Below are positions 18,610-27,168 of a stretch of 64,000 nt of DNA, in pieces. The DNA comes from an uncultured Gemmatimonadales bacterium. GTDB lineage: Bacteria > Gemmatimonadota > Gemmatimonadetes > Longimicrobiales > RSA9. The stretch lies in the NCBI GenBank assembly GCA_963741945.1, contig CAVUKA010000003.1, forward strand, positions 668,522 to 732,521, in the 5' to 3' direction. Under the pieces are notes generated by a model. It ran no database searches. It saw only the letters and a list, made by a program, of their open reading frames with translations, and was not told where the DNA came from. The number at the start of each line of letters is the position of its first letter. Position 1 is the first letter of the stretch. Made by a program: the position numbers and the translations under genes.

Positions 18610-19215
18610 CTACGGCGCCGGCTCCGCCACCCGGTCGATGGCCTCCCCGAGCTTCGTGTACGCCGCCGGGTCGATCTCCCGGAACGGCGCGTCCACGTAG
18701 GCGACCTTTCCGTCCGGGCCGATGACGAACACCTCGCGGGCGCTCACGTGCGTCCCCGGCCGGTCGAACACGGCCCCGAACTTCGACGCGGCGACGAGCC
18801 CGGTGTCACTCACCATGAGGAACGGGAACTCGTCATCGCGGGCCCAGGAGGCCAAAGCGTCGATGGGGTCGGCACTGATCGCCATCAGGACCACGTTGCG
18901 GCCGCCGTTGAAGAGCTGCGCGTACTGATCACGGTACGCGTGCATTTGAACCGTTCAGCCCTTCGTCCTCGCCTTGAAGAAGAACGCCAGGACAACCGTC
19001 TTGCCGGGATAGTCACTCAGCGAAACCGGCTCCTCGAGGATGCCATAGCGCGTGGCGCCCGGGAGGGTGAAATTGGGGGCGTCGTCGCCCACCTTCAGCG
19101 GAGTAGTGCCCTGCGCCGCGGCGGGCGCCGGGCTCCCGGCCAGCGCGGCGAGGAGAGCCGCGGCCAGGGCAACGGTGCCGGCGAGGGGCAGGGTTCGGCC
19201 GTGGTTTCGTCGCAT
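18610..19215 (-). CDS. Peroxiredoxin (AhpE/BCP-like) with in-frame TGA at the peroxidatic Cys position; candidate selenoprotein (alternatively a pseudogene)
   Basis: Track ORFs 18955..19341 and 18610..18945 share one frame and are separated only by TGA (18957..18955) plus 3 codons. Readthrough gives GKTVVLAFFFKARTKG-U-TVQMHAYRDQYAQLF...FPFLMVSD...REVFVIGPDGKV. ATG 19215 is preceded by GGAGG, and a signal peptide (LAAALLAALAGSPAPAAAQ) is present. Confidence 0.7.
18919..18940 (-). promoter_or_regulatory. Candidate bacterial SECIS hairpin
   Basis: 14 nt 3' of the UGA: CGCGUAC-CGUGAUCA-GUACGCG, a perfect 7-bp stem with an 8-nt loop that has G at loop position 2. This was seen by eye; no covariance model was run. 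Confidence 0.4.
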
Positions 19216-19291
19216 GAAATGCCTCCGATGGGGGTACGGCTCCCAAGGTAGGCCAAGCGCGTCCCCGATGCACGCCAGCCGACTGTCGGGT

Positions 19292-19541
19292 TCTGTCACC
19301 GGGAACTGTTGGTCGCCAAGGCGCCGATCGGGGAAACGCACGCCATCCCCTGCTCACGGCCCCAACCGCCTGTCGCCCAACCGGTTCCGGTGCGGACCAT
19401 CGGCGTCCGTCGCGGCACGACGGTGGCTCGGACGGGGCGCCTGGATGACTCATCCGCGTATGCCGCCCCCACCCGGACCGCTCCTCCATGCGGCCCGGCT
19501 CTCCAGCTCTCGCATACCGACCAACAGTTCCTGGTGACAGA
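19292..19541 (+). repeat. 24-bp long-range inverted repeat enclosing 202 bp (structured RNA or MITE-like element)
   Basis: TCTGTCACCGGGAACTGTTGGTCG (19292..19315) versus CGACCAACAGTTCCTGGTGACAGA (19518..19541). 23 of 24 positions are complementary, and the single mismatch is G:T, which is a G-U pair only on the plus-strand transcript. Confidence 0.6.
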
Positions 19542-19620
19542 GACCGATGGTGTTCCGGGTCCATGCGCAGCACGGCGGCGAACCCGGTTCGGATCGGTTT
19601 GAAACGTCGGCGTCCCCAGG

Positions 19621-19700
19621 CGCTTCCACCTGGTGCGCAGCGCCGGCGGTGAAGCCGCTTCCACCTGGTGAGCAGCGCCGGCGGCAAAGCCGCTTCGACC
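19621..19700. repeat. 35-bp tandem direct repeat (2.3 copies) upstream of the M16 peptidase operon
   Basis: CGCTTCCACCTGGTGCGCAGCGCCGGCGGTGAAGC (19621..19655) and CGCTTCCACCTGGTGAGCAGCGCCGGCGGCAAAGC (19656..19690), then a partial CGCTTCGACC. Each unit contains the palindrome CACC-T-GGTG. Confidence 0.8.
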
Positions 19701-19772
19701 CTCGCCCCTCCGCCGCTGACGCCCTAGCTTGCGCCCCCGAAGCCCTACCGACTCGACCAAAGGCGAGGACGC

Positions 19773-21134
19773 ATGAGGAAATTCGTGATCCCGGGGCTGC
19801 TCCTGGGGCTGGTCGCTGTGGCGGCCGCCTGGGCCCGGCCGGGGGAGTGGGCGGCGCGCGCGGCGCAGGACGCCAAGATCTTCCCGTTCGGATACGAGAA
19901 AGTGGTGTTGGACAACGGCTTCACGGCGTACCTGGTGGAGGGCGGGGCGCCCGGCCAGATCGCGTACGTGAGCATGGTGCGCACCGGGAGCCGCGACGAG
20001 GTGGAGCCGGGGCGCAGCGGCTACGCCCACTTCTTCGAGCACATGATGTTCCGGGGCACGGAGAAGTACCCGCAGTACGACGCGGTGACGGCGTCCATGG
20101 GCGCGGCCCGGAACGCGTTCACGAGCGACGACATGACCGTCTTCTATCTGGTGCTCGCGAACGAGTACCTGGAGAAGGTGATGGACCTGGAGAGCGACCG
20201 TTTCCGGAACCTCGCGTATTCGGAGGCGGACTTCCGGACGGAAGCGGGCTCCATCCTCGGCGAGCAGCAGCAGGGCAAGCTGAGCCCGTTCCGGTTCCTG
20301 GAGGAAGCGATCCGGGCGAAAGCGTACGACGTCCACACCTACCGGCACACGACGATCGGCTTCGAGGAGGATGTCCGCAACATGCCGGAAGGATACGACT
20401 ACAGCCGGTCATTCTACCACCGGTTCTACCGCCCCGAGAACGTGGTGCTGGTGATCGCCGGCGACTTCGACCCGGGTCGGGCGAAGCAGCTGATCGAGCA
20501 GTACTACGGCGGCTGGCAGGCCGGCTACGAGGCGCCGAAGATCCAGCCGGAGCCGGAGCAGACGGCGGCGCGGGACACCGTCGTCAGGTATCCCGGCCGC
20601 ACGCTTCCCATCCTCTCCGTCAACTACAAGGCGCCTGCCTGGAGCCCGACGAACAGGGATGCGGTTGCGCTGGAAGTCCTCGGCCGCGCGGCGTTCGGCC
20701 CGAACTCCGACCTGTACCGCGAACTGGTGCTCCAGAAGCGCCAGGTCCAGTACCTGTCCGCCGGCTTCGGCCTCGCGCGCGACCCGGCGCTGGTCAGTCT
20801 CACCACGATGGTGAACGACCCGGCGGCGGTGGACGCCATCGAGCAGCGGGTGCTCCAGGAAGTGGAGCGGTTCCGCACCGAGCTGGTGGACCGGAAAGTC
20901 CTTGCGGACACCAAGAGCAACATGAAGTACAGCTTCCTCATGGGGCTCGAGAACGCGCAGGACATCGCGTTCAGCCTGGTCCCGTTCGTCATCAACACGG
21001 GCGGGCTGGAGGCGGTGGAGACGTACTACCAGACGCTCGAGGGCGTGACGGCGGAAGACCTGCGCCAGGCCGCCGAGGCCTACCTGGTCCCGAGCGGGCG
21101 CACCACGGTCACCATGATCCAGGCGGAGGGGTGA
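19773..21134 (+). CDS. M16-family zinc peptidase (pitrilysin-like, catalytic subunit)
   Basis: Signal peptide, inverted zincin motif HFFEHMMFRGT (HxxEH), and a 453-aa two-domain M16 layout. Confidence 0.9.
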   Translation: MRKFVIPGLLLGLVAVAAAWARPGEWAARAAQDAKIFPFGYEKVVLDNGFTAYLVEGGAPGQIAYVSMVRTGSRDEVEPGRSGYAHFFEHMMFRGTEKYPQYDAVTASMGAARNAFTSDDMTVFYLVLANEYLEKVMDLESDRFRNLAYSEADFRTEAGSILGEQQQGKLSPFRFLEEAIRAKAYDVHTYRHTTIGFEEDVRNMPEGYDYSRSFYHRFYRPENVVLVIAGDFDPGRAKQLIEQYYGGWQAGYEAPKIQPEPEQTAARDTVVRYPGRTLPILSVNYKAPAWSPTNRDAVALEVLGRAAFGPNSDLYRELVLQKRQVQYLSAGFGLARDPALVSLTTMVNDPAAVDAIEQRVLQEVERFRTELVDRKVLADTKSNMKYSFLMGLENAQDIAFSLVPFVINTGGLEAVETYYQTLEGVTAEDLRQAAEAYLVPSGRTTVTMIQAEG

Positions 21135-21139
21135 GCACC

Positions 21140-22675
21140 ATGCGACGCACCATCATTCTGGCCGCCCTCGCCCTCGCCGGCTGCGCGGCCGGCCCCAACC
21201 TCGACCAGGAGAGCGACCCCGGGCTGGTGACGATGAAGGAAGAGTCGCCGTTCGTCGCCTTCGACGTCTGGGTGAAGGCGGGCTCGCAGAACGACCCGGA
21301 GGGGAAGGAAGGGCTGGCGGCGCTCACGGCCGAGGTGATCTCGAACGGCGCCACCGCGAACCGCAGCTACCAGGAGATCCTGGAAGCGCTCTATCCCATG
21401 GCCGCGGGCTACGGCTCCGGCGTGGACAAGGAGATGACCATGTTCACGGGGCGCGTCCACCGGGACAACCTGGACGCGTACTACGACCTTTTCCAGGACG
21501 CGGTCCTGCACCCGGCGTTCGATCCGGAGGACTTCGAGCGGATCAAGTCGCAGACGCTGAACCAGCTGGAGCGCGGCCGCCGCTATTCCCGCGACGAGGA
21601 GCTCTCGAAGGAGCTGCTCTTCTGGATGGCCTACGAGGGGACGCCCTACGCGCACCCGGAGGAAGGCTACGTCCAGTCGGTGAAGTCCATCACGCTGGAT
21701 GACGTGGAGGCGTTCTACCGCGACCACTACCTGCGCAACAACATCGTGGTGGGCGTGGGCGGCGGGTACCCGGACGGCTTCGCGACCCGGGTCCGTGCCG
21801 ACTTCGACGCGGCGCTGCCGGAAGGCCAGGTCGCCGCGGTCCCGCGGCCGGAGCCCAAGATGCCGGACGGCGCGAAGGTCGTCATCGTCGAGAAGCCCAC
21901 GGATGCGACGGCGATCTCCGTCGGCTTCCCCATCGACCTGCTCCGGGGCGACAGCGACTTCGTCGCCATGATGACCGCCAACTCCTGGTTCGGCGAGCAC
22001 CGGAACTCGTTCAGCCACCTGTACAACGTGATCCGCGAAGTGCGCGGCATGAACTACGGGGACTACTCCTACATCGAGGCGTTCCCCGCCGGCTACGCCA
22101 CGCAGCAGCCGCGCACCAACGTGGCGCGGCGGAGCCAGCTGTTCGAGATCTGGATCCGTCCCATCGCCCGGACGGAGCCCGGGACGCTGCACGACCGCGC
22201 CCTCTTCGCCACGCGCGCCGCGCTGCGTGAGCTGCGCACGCTGGTGGACACGGGGATGCCGCAGCAGACCGTGGACGAGACCACGGGCTTCCTGCGCAAC
22301 TACACCGTCAACTGGGGCAACACCATCGGGCGACGCCTGGCGTACAAGGTGGACGACGCCTTCTACGGCATCGGCCAGCCCGGCTTCCTCGCCTCCATCC
22401 GGCCGGGGCTGGCGGAGCTGGACGCCGACAAGGTGAACGGCGCCATCCGTCGCCACCTGCAGGCGGACAACCTCTACATCGTCCTGATCACGAAGGACGC
22501 GCAGGGGATGAAGGAGAAGCTGCTGAGCGGCGGCGCCAGCCCCATCACCTACGCCGGGCCGCAGCCGGCAAGCGTGCTGGAGGAGGACAGTGCGATCGCC
22601 CGCTACCCGATCCCGGTGGACGAGGACGACATCAAAATCCTCCCCATCGAGCAGGTGTTCGAGTCGGGCGACTGA
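21140..22675 (+). CDS. M16-family peptidase-like lipoprotein lacking HxxEH (non-catalytic partner)
   Basis: ATG 21140 lies 5 nt after the upstream stop. It has lipoprotein signal ILAALALAGC and M16-like domains but no HxxEH motif. Confidence 0.82.
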   Translation: MRRTIILAALALAGCAAGPNLDQESDPGLVTMKEESPFVAFDVWVKAGSQNDPEGKEGLAALTAEVISNGATANRSYQEILEALYPMAAGYGSGVDKEMTMFTGRVHRDNLDAYYDLFQDAVLHPAFDPEDFERIKSQTLNQLERGRRYSRDEELSKELLFWMAYEGTPYAHPEEGYVQSVKSITLDDVEAFYRDHYLRNNIVVGVGGGYPDGFATRVRADFDAALPEGQVAAVPRPEPKMPDGAKVVIVEKPTDATAISVGFPIDLLRGDSDFVAMMTANSWFGEHRNSFSHLYNVIREVRGMNYGDYSYIEAFPAGYATQQPRTNVARRSQLFEIWIRPIARTEPGTLHDRALFATRAALRELRTLVDTGMPQQTVDETTGFLRNYTVNWGNTIGRRLAYKVDDAFYGIGQPGFLASIRPGLAELDADKVNGAIRRHLQADNLYIVLITKDAQGMKEKLLSGGASPITYAGPQPASVLEEDSAIARYPIPVDEDDIKILPIEQVFESGD

Positions 22676-22692
22676 CCCGGACCGCCTAGGCG

Positions 22693-23319
22693 TCACCCCC
22701 GTGCCGGGCTCTCCACGAGGGCCCGGCCGGCGGTGGCCTCCGCCACGGCCCGGGCGAACGCTTCCTCGCCGCCCACCGGCACCGCAACATCCAGCCGCAC
22801 GTCCACCTCGAACTCCTCGCCTTCCACCACGCCGTCGGCCTCCTCCACGACGCGTCGCACCGCGTCGAGCCCGCCGTACTCCACCACCACCACCAGCGGC
22901 ATCCGCTCCACCCGCTCGATCCGCGGCAGCGCCTCGAGCGCCCGCTGCACGCCGCCCGAGTACGCGCGCTGGAGACCGCCCGTCCCCAGCTTCACGCCGC
23001 CGTAATAGCGGGTCACCACCGCCACGATCTCGCCCACGCCCGAGTGCAGCAGCGCTTCCAGCATGGGCCGCCCCGCGGTGCCGTGCGGCTCGCCCGCGTC
23101 GCTCATTCCCACGTCCGCCGTCGATCCCGGCGGCCCCGCCACCCACGCCCAGCAGTTGTGCGTGGCGTCGGCGAACTCCGCGCGCACGGCGCCGATGAAC
23201 GCGCGCGCGGCGTCGCCATCCGGCGCGCGGCCGACGGTGGTGATGAACCGGCTGCGCCGGATCGTCTGCTCCACCCGGTGGCGTTTCGCGGGAACGGGAT
23301 AGCGCGTCGCGTCGCTCAC
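22693..23319 (-). CDS. YigZ/IMPACT-family protein
   Basis: Blocks SRFITTV, ATHNCWAWV and SDAGEPHGTAGRPML...VVTRYYGGVKLGTGGL are diagnostic of the YigZ (UPF0029) family. Confidence 0.85.
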   Translation of the reverse strand: MSDATRYPVPAKRHRVEQTIRRSRFITTVGRAPDGDAARAFIGAVRAEFADATHNCWAWVAGPPGSTADVGMSDAGEPHGTAGRPMLEALLHSGVGEIVAVVTRYYGGVKLGTGGLQRAYSGGVQRALEALPRIERVERMPLVVVVEYGGLDAVRRVVEEADGVVEGEEFEVDVRLDVAVPVGGEEAFARAVAEATAGRALVESPARG

Positions 23320-23363
23320 GTCTTCGTGGTTCGGGGCCGTTGCGTTCGCTCTCGCCGACCGGG

Positions 23364-24353
23364 TCAGAAGCGCACCGCTACTCCACGGCTTCCGGCGTCG
23401 CTCCGCCGATCTCGATCCGGTCCTCCGTGAGCTCCTCGATGTCCAGCAGCTCGTCGTCGTCGAGCGAGCTCCCCGGCGTACGCCGTGCCCTCGATCTGTT
23501 CAGGCGTGCGTGCGCCCACAATGGCCACGTCCACGGAAGGGTGGGCCAGCACCCACGCCACGGCCAGCTGGGCCACGGTGAGGTCCCGCTCGTCGGCGTA
23601 CTCCTTAAGCCGATCCACGATGCCCAGGTTGTGCGCGAACACCTCGCCCGTGAACGCGCTGCTCTGGCTCCGCCAGTCGCCATCCGGGAACGTGGTGTCC
23701 TCGTCGTACTTCCCGCCCAGCAGCCCATGGGCGAGCGGGCCATAGACGAGCGTGCCGACGCCGTGGGCCTCGCAATACGGCAGGATGTGCTTCTCGATGT
23801 CGCGCCGGAAGAGGTGGTACGGCGGCTGGAGCGTGTCCAGATCGTGGAACCGCTCGAACGCCAGCATCTGCTTGGCGCTGTAGTTCGACACGCCCACGTA
23901 CCTCGCCTTCCCCTCGGCAACGAGCTCCGCCAGCGCGTCCGCGGTCTCTTCCGGCGCCACTTCGTCGTCCGGCCAGTGCACCTGGTAGAGGTCGACGTAA
24001 TCGGTGCCCAGGTGGCGCAGGCTCTCCTCGATCCCCTGCCGCAGCCAGTCGCGGCCCGCGTCGCGGATCATGCCGCCATCCCCCGGCCGCAGCCCCCCCT
24101 TCGTGGCGATCACCAGCTCGTCCCGGTGGTTCCGGATCTCAGGCCGGAGCGCATCGGCCAGCAGCGACTCCGACTTCCCGAAGCCGTACGCCTGCGCCGT
24201 GTCGAAGAAGTTGATCCCCAGGTCCAGCGCCCGCCGCACGGCCGCCTTCGCGTCGTCCGTGTCCAGGCTGCCCCAGTCGCCGCCGAACTGCCAGCTGCCG
24301 AAGCAGATCCGGGAAACCTCGAGGTCCGTCTCGCCCAGCCGAGTGTATTCCAT
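23364..24353 (-). CDS. Aldo/keto reductase, with an apparent frame disruption near 23470
   Basis: MEYTRLGETDLEVSRICFGSWQFGGDWG...FFDTAQAYGFGKSE... is typical AKR. ATG 24353 is preceded by AAGGAA. After ...IVGARTPEQIEGTAYAG the family-like C-terminus (SLDDDELLDIEELTEDRIEIGGATPEAVE) continues in the frame of track ORF 23378..23920, ending at 23378. The 0-frame tail is Arg-rich junk ending at 23364. Confidence 0.8.
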   Translation of the reverse strand: MEYTRLGETDLEVSRICFGSWQFGGDWGSLDTDDAKAAVRRALDLGINFFDTAQAYGFGKSESLLADALRPEIRNHRDELVIATKGGLRPGDGGMIRDAGRDWLRQGIEESLRHLGTDYVDLYQVHWPDDEVAPEETADALAELVAEGKARYVGVSNYSAKQMLAFERFHDLDTLQPPYHLFRRDIEKHILPYCEAHGVGTLVYGPLAHGLLGGKYDEDTTFPDGDWRSQSSAFTGEVFAHNLGIVDRLKEYADERDLTVAQLAVAWVLAHPSVDVAIVGARTPEQIEGTAYAGELARRRRAAGHRGAHGGPDRDRRSDAGSRGVAVRF

Positions 24354-24787
24354 CGCCGCCGTTCCTTTCGTTCCGTTCAGGCACCGTTCGACCATTCGAC
24401 ACCGGGAACGCACGCCCCGCGCCGCCCGAGCATCCTCCGCCCGCCCGCATCCTGCGCCGCCGGCGGCCATTCCACAACGGTCGGCCCCGATTCGAGCGAT
24501 GATTCGGGAAACTGCGACCCGCCCCGACGACCCCCGAGCGCGATCTGCATCCCAACGCCCCTTGGCGGAACCGGATGCCTATCGATCCCGGATCGCGAGC
24601 CCAATGTGCATCCGGACCCCACGCCGGCGATGTCCCGATGCACATTTGTCTCGCAATCCGATCGAAAAGGCACACGCGACCGATCCAGGCGCGTCCAGAA
24701 GCACGTTCGTCTCGGACGCTGGCCGGCCGACGATGATTCCCGGGCTCCCACACCCTCCGCGCCCTGCGGCCCGGGCTTCGGGGCGCG

Positions 24788-26128
24788 TCAGGCCCCCGCC
24801 GGCTCCCCACGACCGCGCCGGACCCCGCGGAGCGTCACCCCCAGGTAGCTCACGCCCGCGAGCCGCCCGGCGACGAACGCGGCGAACGCTGCCGTCGCCC
24901 CCACCAGTCCGACGCCCCAGCCGAGCGCCACGAACAGCGTCGCCACGCCGGTCACCTCGATGGCTGTGGCGACCGTAATGGGCCTCGTGCGCCGTTCCTG
25001 CACGAGCAGCGCCCGCTGGAAGGAGAGCAGGACCGTGAGCGCGGGCAGGGCGACGACGATGCGGGTCGGGACGATTGCGAACGCCGCCAGCTCGGGAGTG
25101 AGTCCGGACACGGTCACGAACCAGACGTGCGCGAGCGGGGTGAACGCCACCACGGCCATGCCGGCAGTGGCGACGATGCCGAGCACCGTCGCGAACCGGG
25201 CCAGCTCCGGGAAGTGCTCGTTGCGCCGCCCGAGCAGCGCGATGGCGGCCTCCTGGAAGCTGAGCCCCAGCGCGCGGAAGAGGAACGAGAGTGAGTGCAC
25301 CACCGGGAATACGGCGAGCGATTCGATGGGCGAAGGAGCGCGCCCCATGAAGAACGTGAGCATCGGCTGGACGGTCAGCCCGATGAGCGACGTCAGCGCC
25401 AGCGGATAGTAGAACCGGGCGACGTCGTCGTACCCGAGCGCGGGCGCCGCCGGATCCAGGCGGTCGGGCCCCTCGAGGATCTCCACCACGGTCCGCCGCG
25501 CATACAGGAACGCCGCGACCGCCTCGCTCGTCACCCCCATCGACAGCGCCCCCGCGCCCACCCACGCCCCCGGAAAGCCGGTGAGCGTCGCCAGCAGGAG
25601 GGCCGTGACCCCCATTGCCGCCACGCGGATCACCGTGCCGTACGCCACAAGCCGCGTGCGGCCCGAGCGGATGAGCAGCCCGTGCCGAAAGCGCCGGAAT
25701 CCGATCGCCCCCGGCCACGGAAGCAGCAGCCAGAGCGCGCCGTACGTGATCGAAGTGATCTCCGGCGGAAGCCCCAGCCCGCGGCTCATGATCTCATCGT
25801 AGACCGGCGGGATCAGCACCAGGACCAGCAGCGCGGTGGCCCCCACGTTCAATGCGTTGGCGAAGTTGCGCAGCTTGAAATAGCTGTGGCGATCCTCCAC
25901 CAGCGCCGTGGACGCGCTCATCAGCATGATGACCGGCGACTCCGTCAGCAGCGCGAACGCGAACGCCACGCCGTACGCCGCCAGGTTGAACTTCGGGTCC
26001 GGGTGCCGCGCGATCACCGCGGCCAGGAACGGCCCCTCCACCCCCATCATGATCCACGTGGCGGCGAGGGGGAGCCAGAAGAGGAGGATGGAGCGGGCGG
26101 AGCGGGGGCGAAGCTGGGAGCGGCTCAC
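24788..26128 (-). CDS. MATE/MOP-superfamily-like polytopic membrane protein (putative exporter)
   Basis: 446 aa with about 12 predicted TM helices in two halves and no soluble domains. The family assignment is tentative. Confidence 0.6.
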   Translation of the reverse strand: MSRSQLRPRSARSILLFWLPLAATWIMMGVEGPFLAAVIARHPDPKFNLAAYGVAFAFALLTESPVIMLMSASTALVEDRHSYFKLRNFANALNVGATALLVLVLIPPVYDEIMSRGLGLPPEITSITYGALWLLLPWPGAIGFRRFRHGLLIRSGRTRLVAYGTVIRVAAMGVTALLLATLTGFPGAWVGAGALSMGVTSEAVAAFLYARRTVVEILEGPDRLDPAAPALGYDDVARFYYPLALTSLIGLTVQPMLTFFMGRAPSPIESLAVFPVVHSLSFLFRALGLSFQEAAIALLGRRNEHFPELARFATVLGIVATAGMAVVAFTPLAHVWFVTVSGLTPELAAFAIVPTRIVVALPALTVLLSFQRALLVQERRTRPITVATAIEVTGVATLFVALGWGVGLVGATAAFAAFVAGRLAGVSYLGVTLRGVRRGRGEPAGA

Positions 26129-26383
26129 GTTCGTTGGAGGCCTGGCATTCGTTTGGGGCCTGGCACCAAAATCCAGATTCGGCGGATTTCGCTAGCTTCC
26201 GATTTCCGGATCGGCCTCGCCGAGGACGTCGGCGGCTGCCGAAGCGGCTGAGGCGTGGCATAATGGGACGTCAGAGACACGCGCGCAGGGGGGCAGGGCG
26301 AGAATGTGGAATTTGGAGCCAGGTCCGCGAGGGTGTGAACCAGGTCCGGGACGGTGTCCGCGAGGGTATGGGGGGAGGGCGGG

Positions 26384-27157
26384 ATGACCAGCAGCCAGCT
26401 GCTCCCGCGCGAGCACGGCGCCTATGCCCAGCTCGCGTTCCCCCTCCTCACCGGCCTCGCCCTCGCGCGGTTCGCCCCCGGCGCCCTCGCTTTCGCGGTC
26501 GGGGTGGTGTCCGTCTTCCTGGCTCATGAGCCGGTGGCGATCCTGGCGGGCGTCCGCGGCCCGAGGCTCCGCGACAAGCTCGCCGCCGCCGCGCACAAGC
26601 GCCTGGCATTTCTCGGCGGGGCGGCCATCCTGGCGTTGGTGGCCGCCGCGGGCCTCGCCCCCGGGCGCGCGTGGCTCGCGGCCGGCGCCCCGGCAGTGCT
26701 CGCGGCACCGCTGGCCTCCTTTTTCGGCCGCCGGGCAATCAAGTCCGTGGCGGGGGAAATGCTGGTCGCGGGCGCGCTGTCCGCGCTGGTGCTCCCGCTG
26801 GCTCTCACGACGCCGGTGACTTGGGCGCGCGCGGGCACGGCCGCGCTGGTCTGGATGGGCGCCTACCTGCCTGCCGTTCTGGCGGTGCACGCCGTCAAAG
26901 CCAGGCACCTGCGCCGGGCGCGGCACCCATGGACGCTGTGGGCGACGCCGGTCGCCGCCGCGATCGTGGTCGTGGCCGCGCTCGTCGCCGCCGCGCTGCT
27001 ACCGTGGCCCGCGCTGACGACACTGGCCGTCCTGCCGCCCGCGCTGGCCGTCCTCGCCATCGGACTGGCCCCGCCGCACCCCCGGCACCTGAAGCGGATC
27101 GGCTGGGCCATGGTGGCCGCCGACACCCTCGCGCTCGTCCTCGTGCTGGCGCTGTAG
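26384..27157 (+). CDS. YwiC-like family membrane protein
   Basis: N-terminal PREHGAYAQLAFPLLTG motif followed by about 8 hydrophobic helices. ATG 26384 is preceded by GGGGAGGG; the track start at 26354 is possible. Confidence 0.65.
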   Translation: MTSSQLLPREHGAYAQLAFPLLTGLALARFAPGALAFAVGVVSVFLAHEPVAILAGVRGPRLRDKLAAAAHKRLAFLGGAAILALVAAAGLAPGRAWLAAGAPAVLAAPLASFFGRRAIKSVAGEMLVAGALSALVLPLALTTPVTWARAGTAALVWMGAYLPAVLAVHAVKARHLRRARHPWTLWATPVAAAIVVVAALVAAALLPWPALTTLAVLPPALAVLAIGLAPPHPRHLKRIGWAMVAADTLALVLVLAL

Positions 27158-27168
27158 CCGCGGGCCGC

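Noticed and set aside
19013-19687. 224-aa minus-strand ORF (and 19296..20348) spanning the peroxiredoxin/M16 intergenic region
   Set aside because: The composition is Arg/Pro/Gly-rich junk, with no RBS. These ORFs overlap the inverted and tandem repeats as well as real genes. The region is better explained as non-coding.
26140-26170. Two GGCCTGGCA motifs resembling sigma54 -24 elements (CTGGCATTCGTTTGGGG / CTGGCACCAAAATCC)
   Set aside because: The -12 position lacks the invariant GC (TTGG and TCCA instead of TTGC). No enhancer-binding-protein gene or further support is visible.
26323-26370. 15-nt direct repeat GTCCGCGAGGGT(G/A)TG (26323..26337 and 26356..26370) just upstream of the YwiC-like gene
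   Set aside because: It is short and GC-rich and lies within the possible extended 5' coding region (track start 26354). I cannot distinguish an operator from chance or coding duplication without comparative data.
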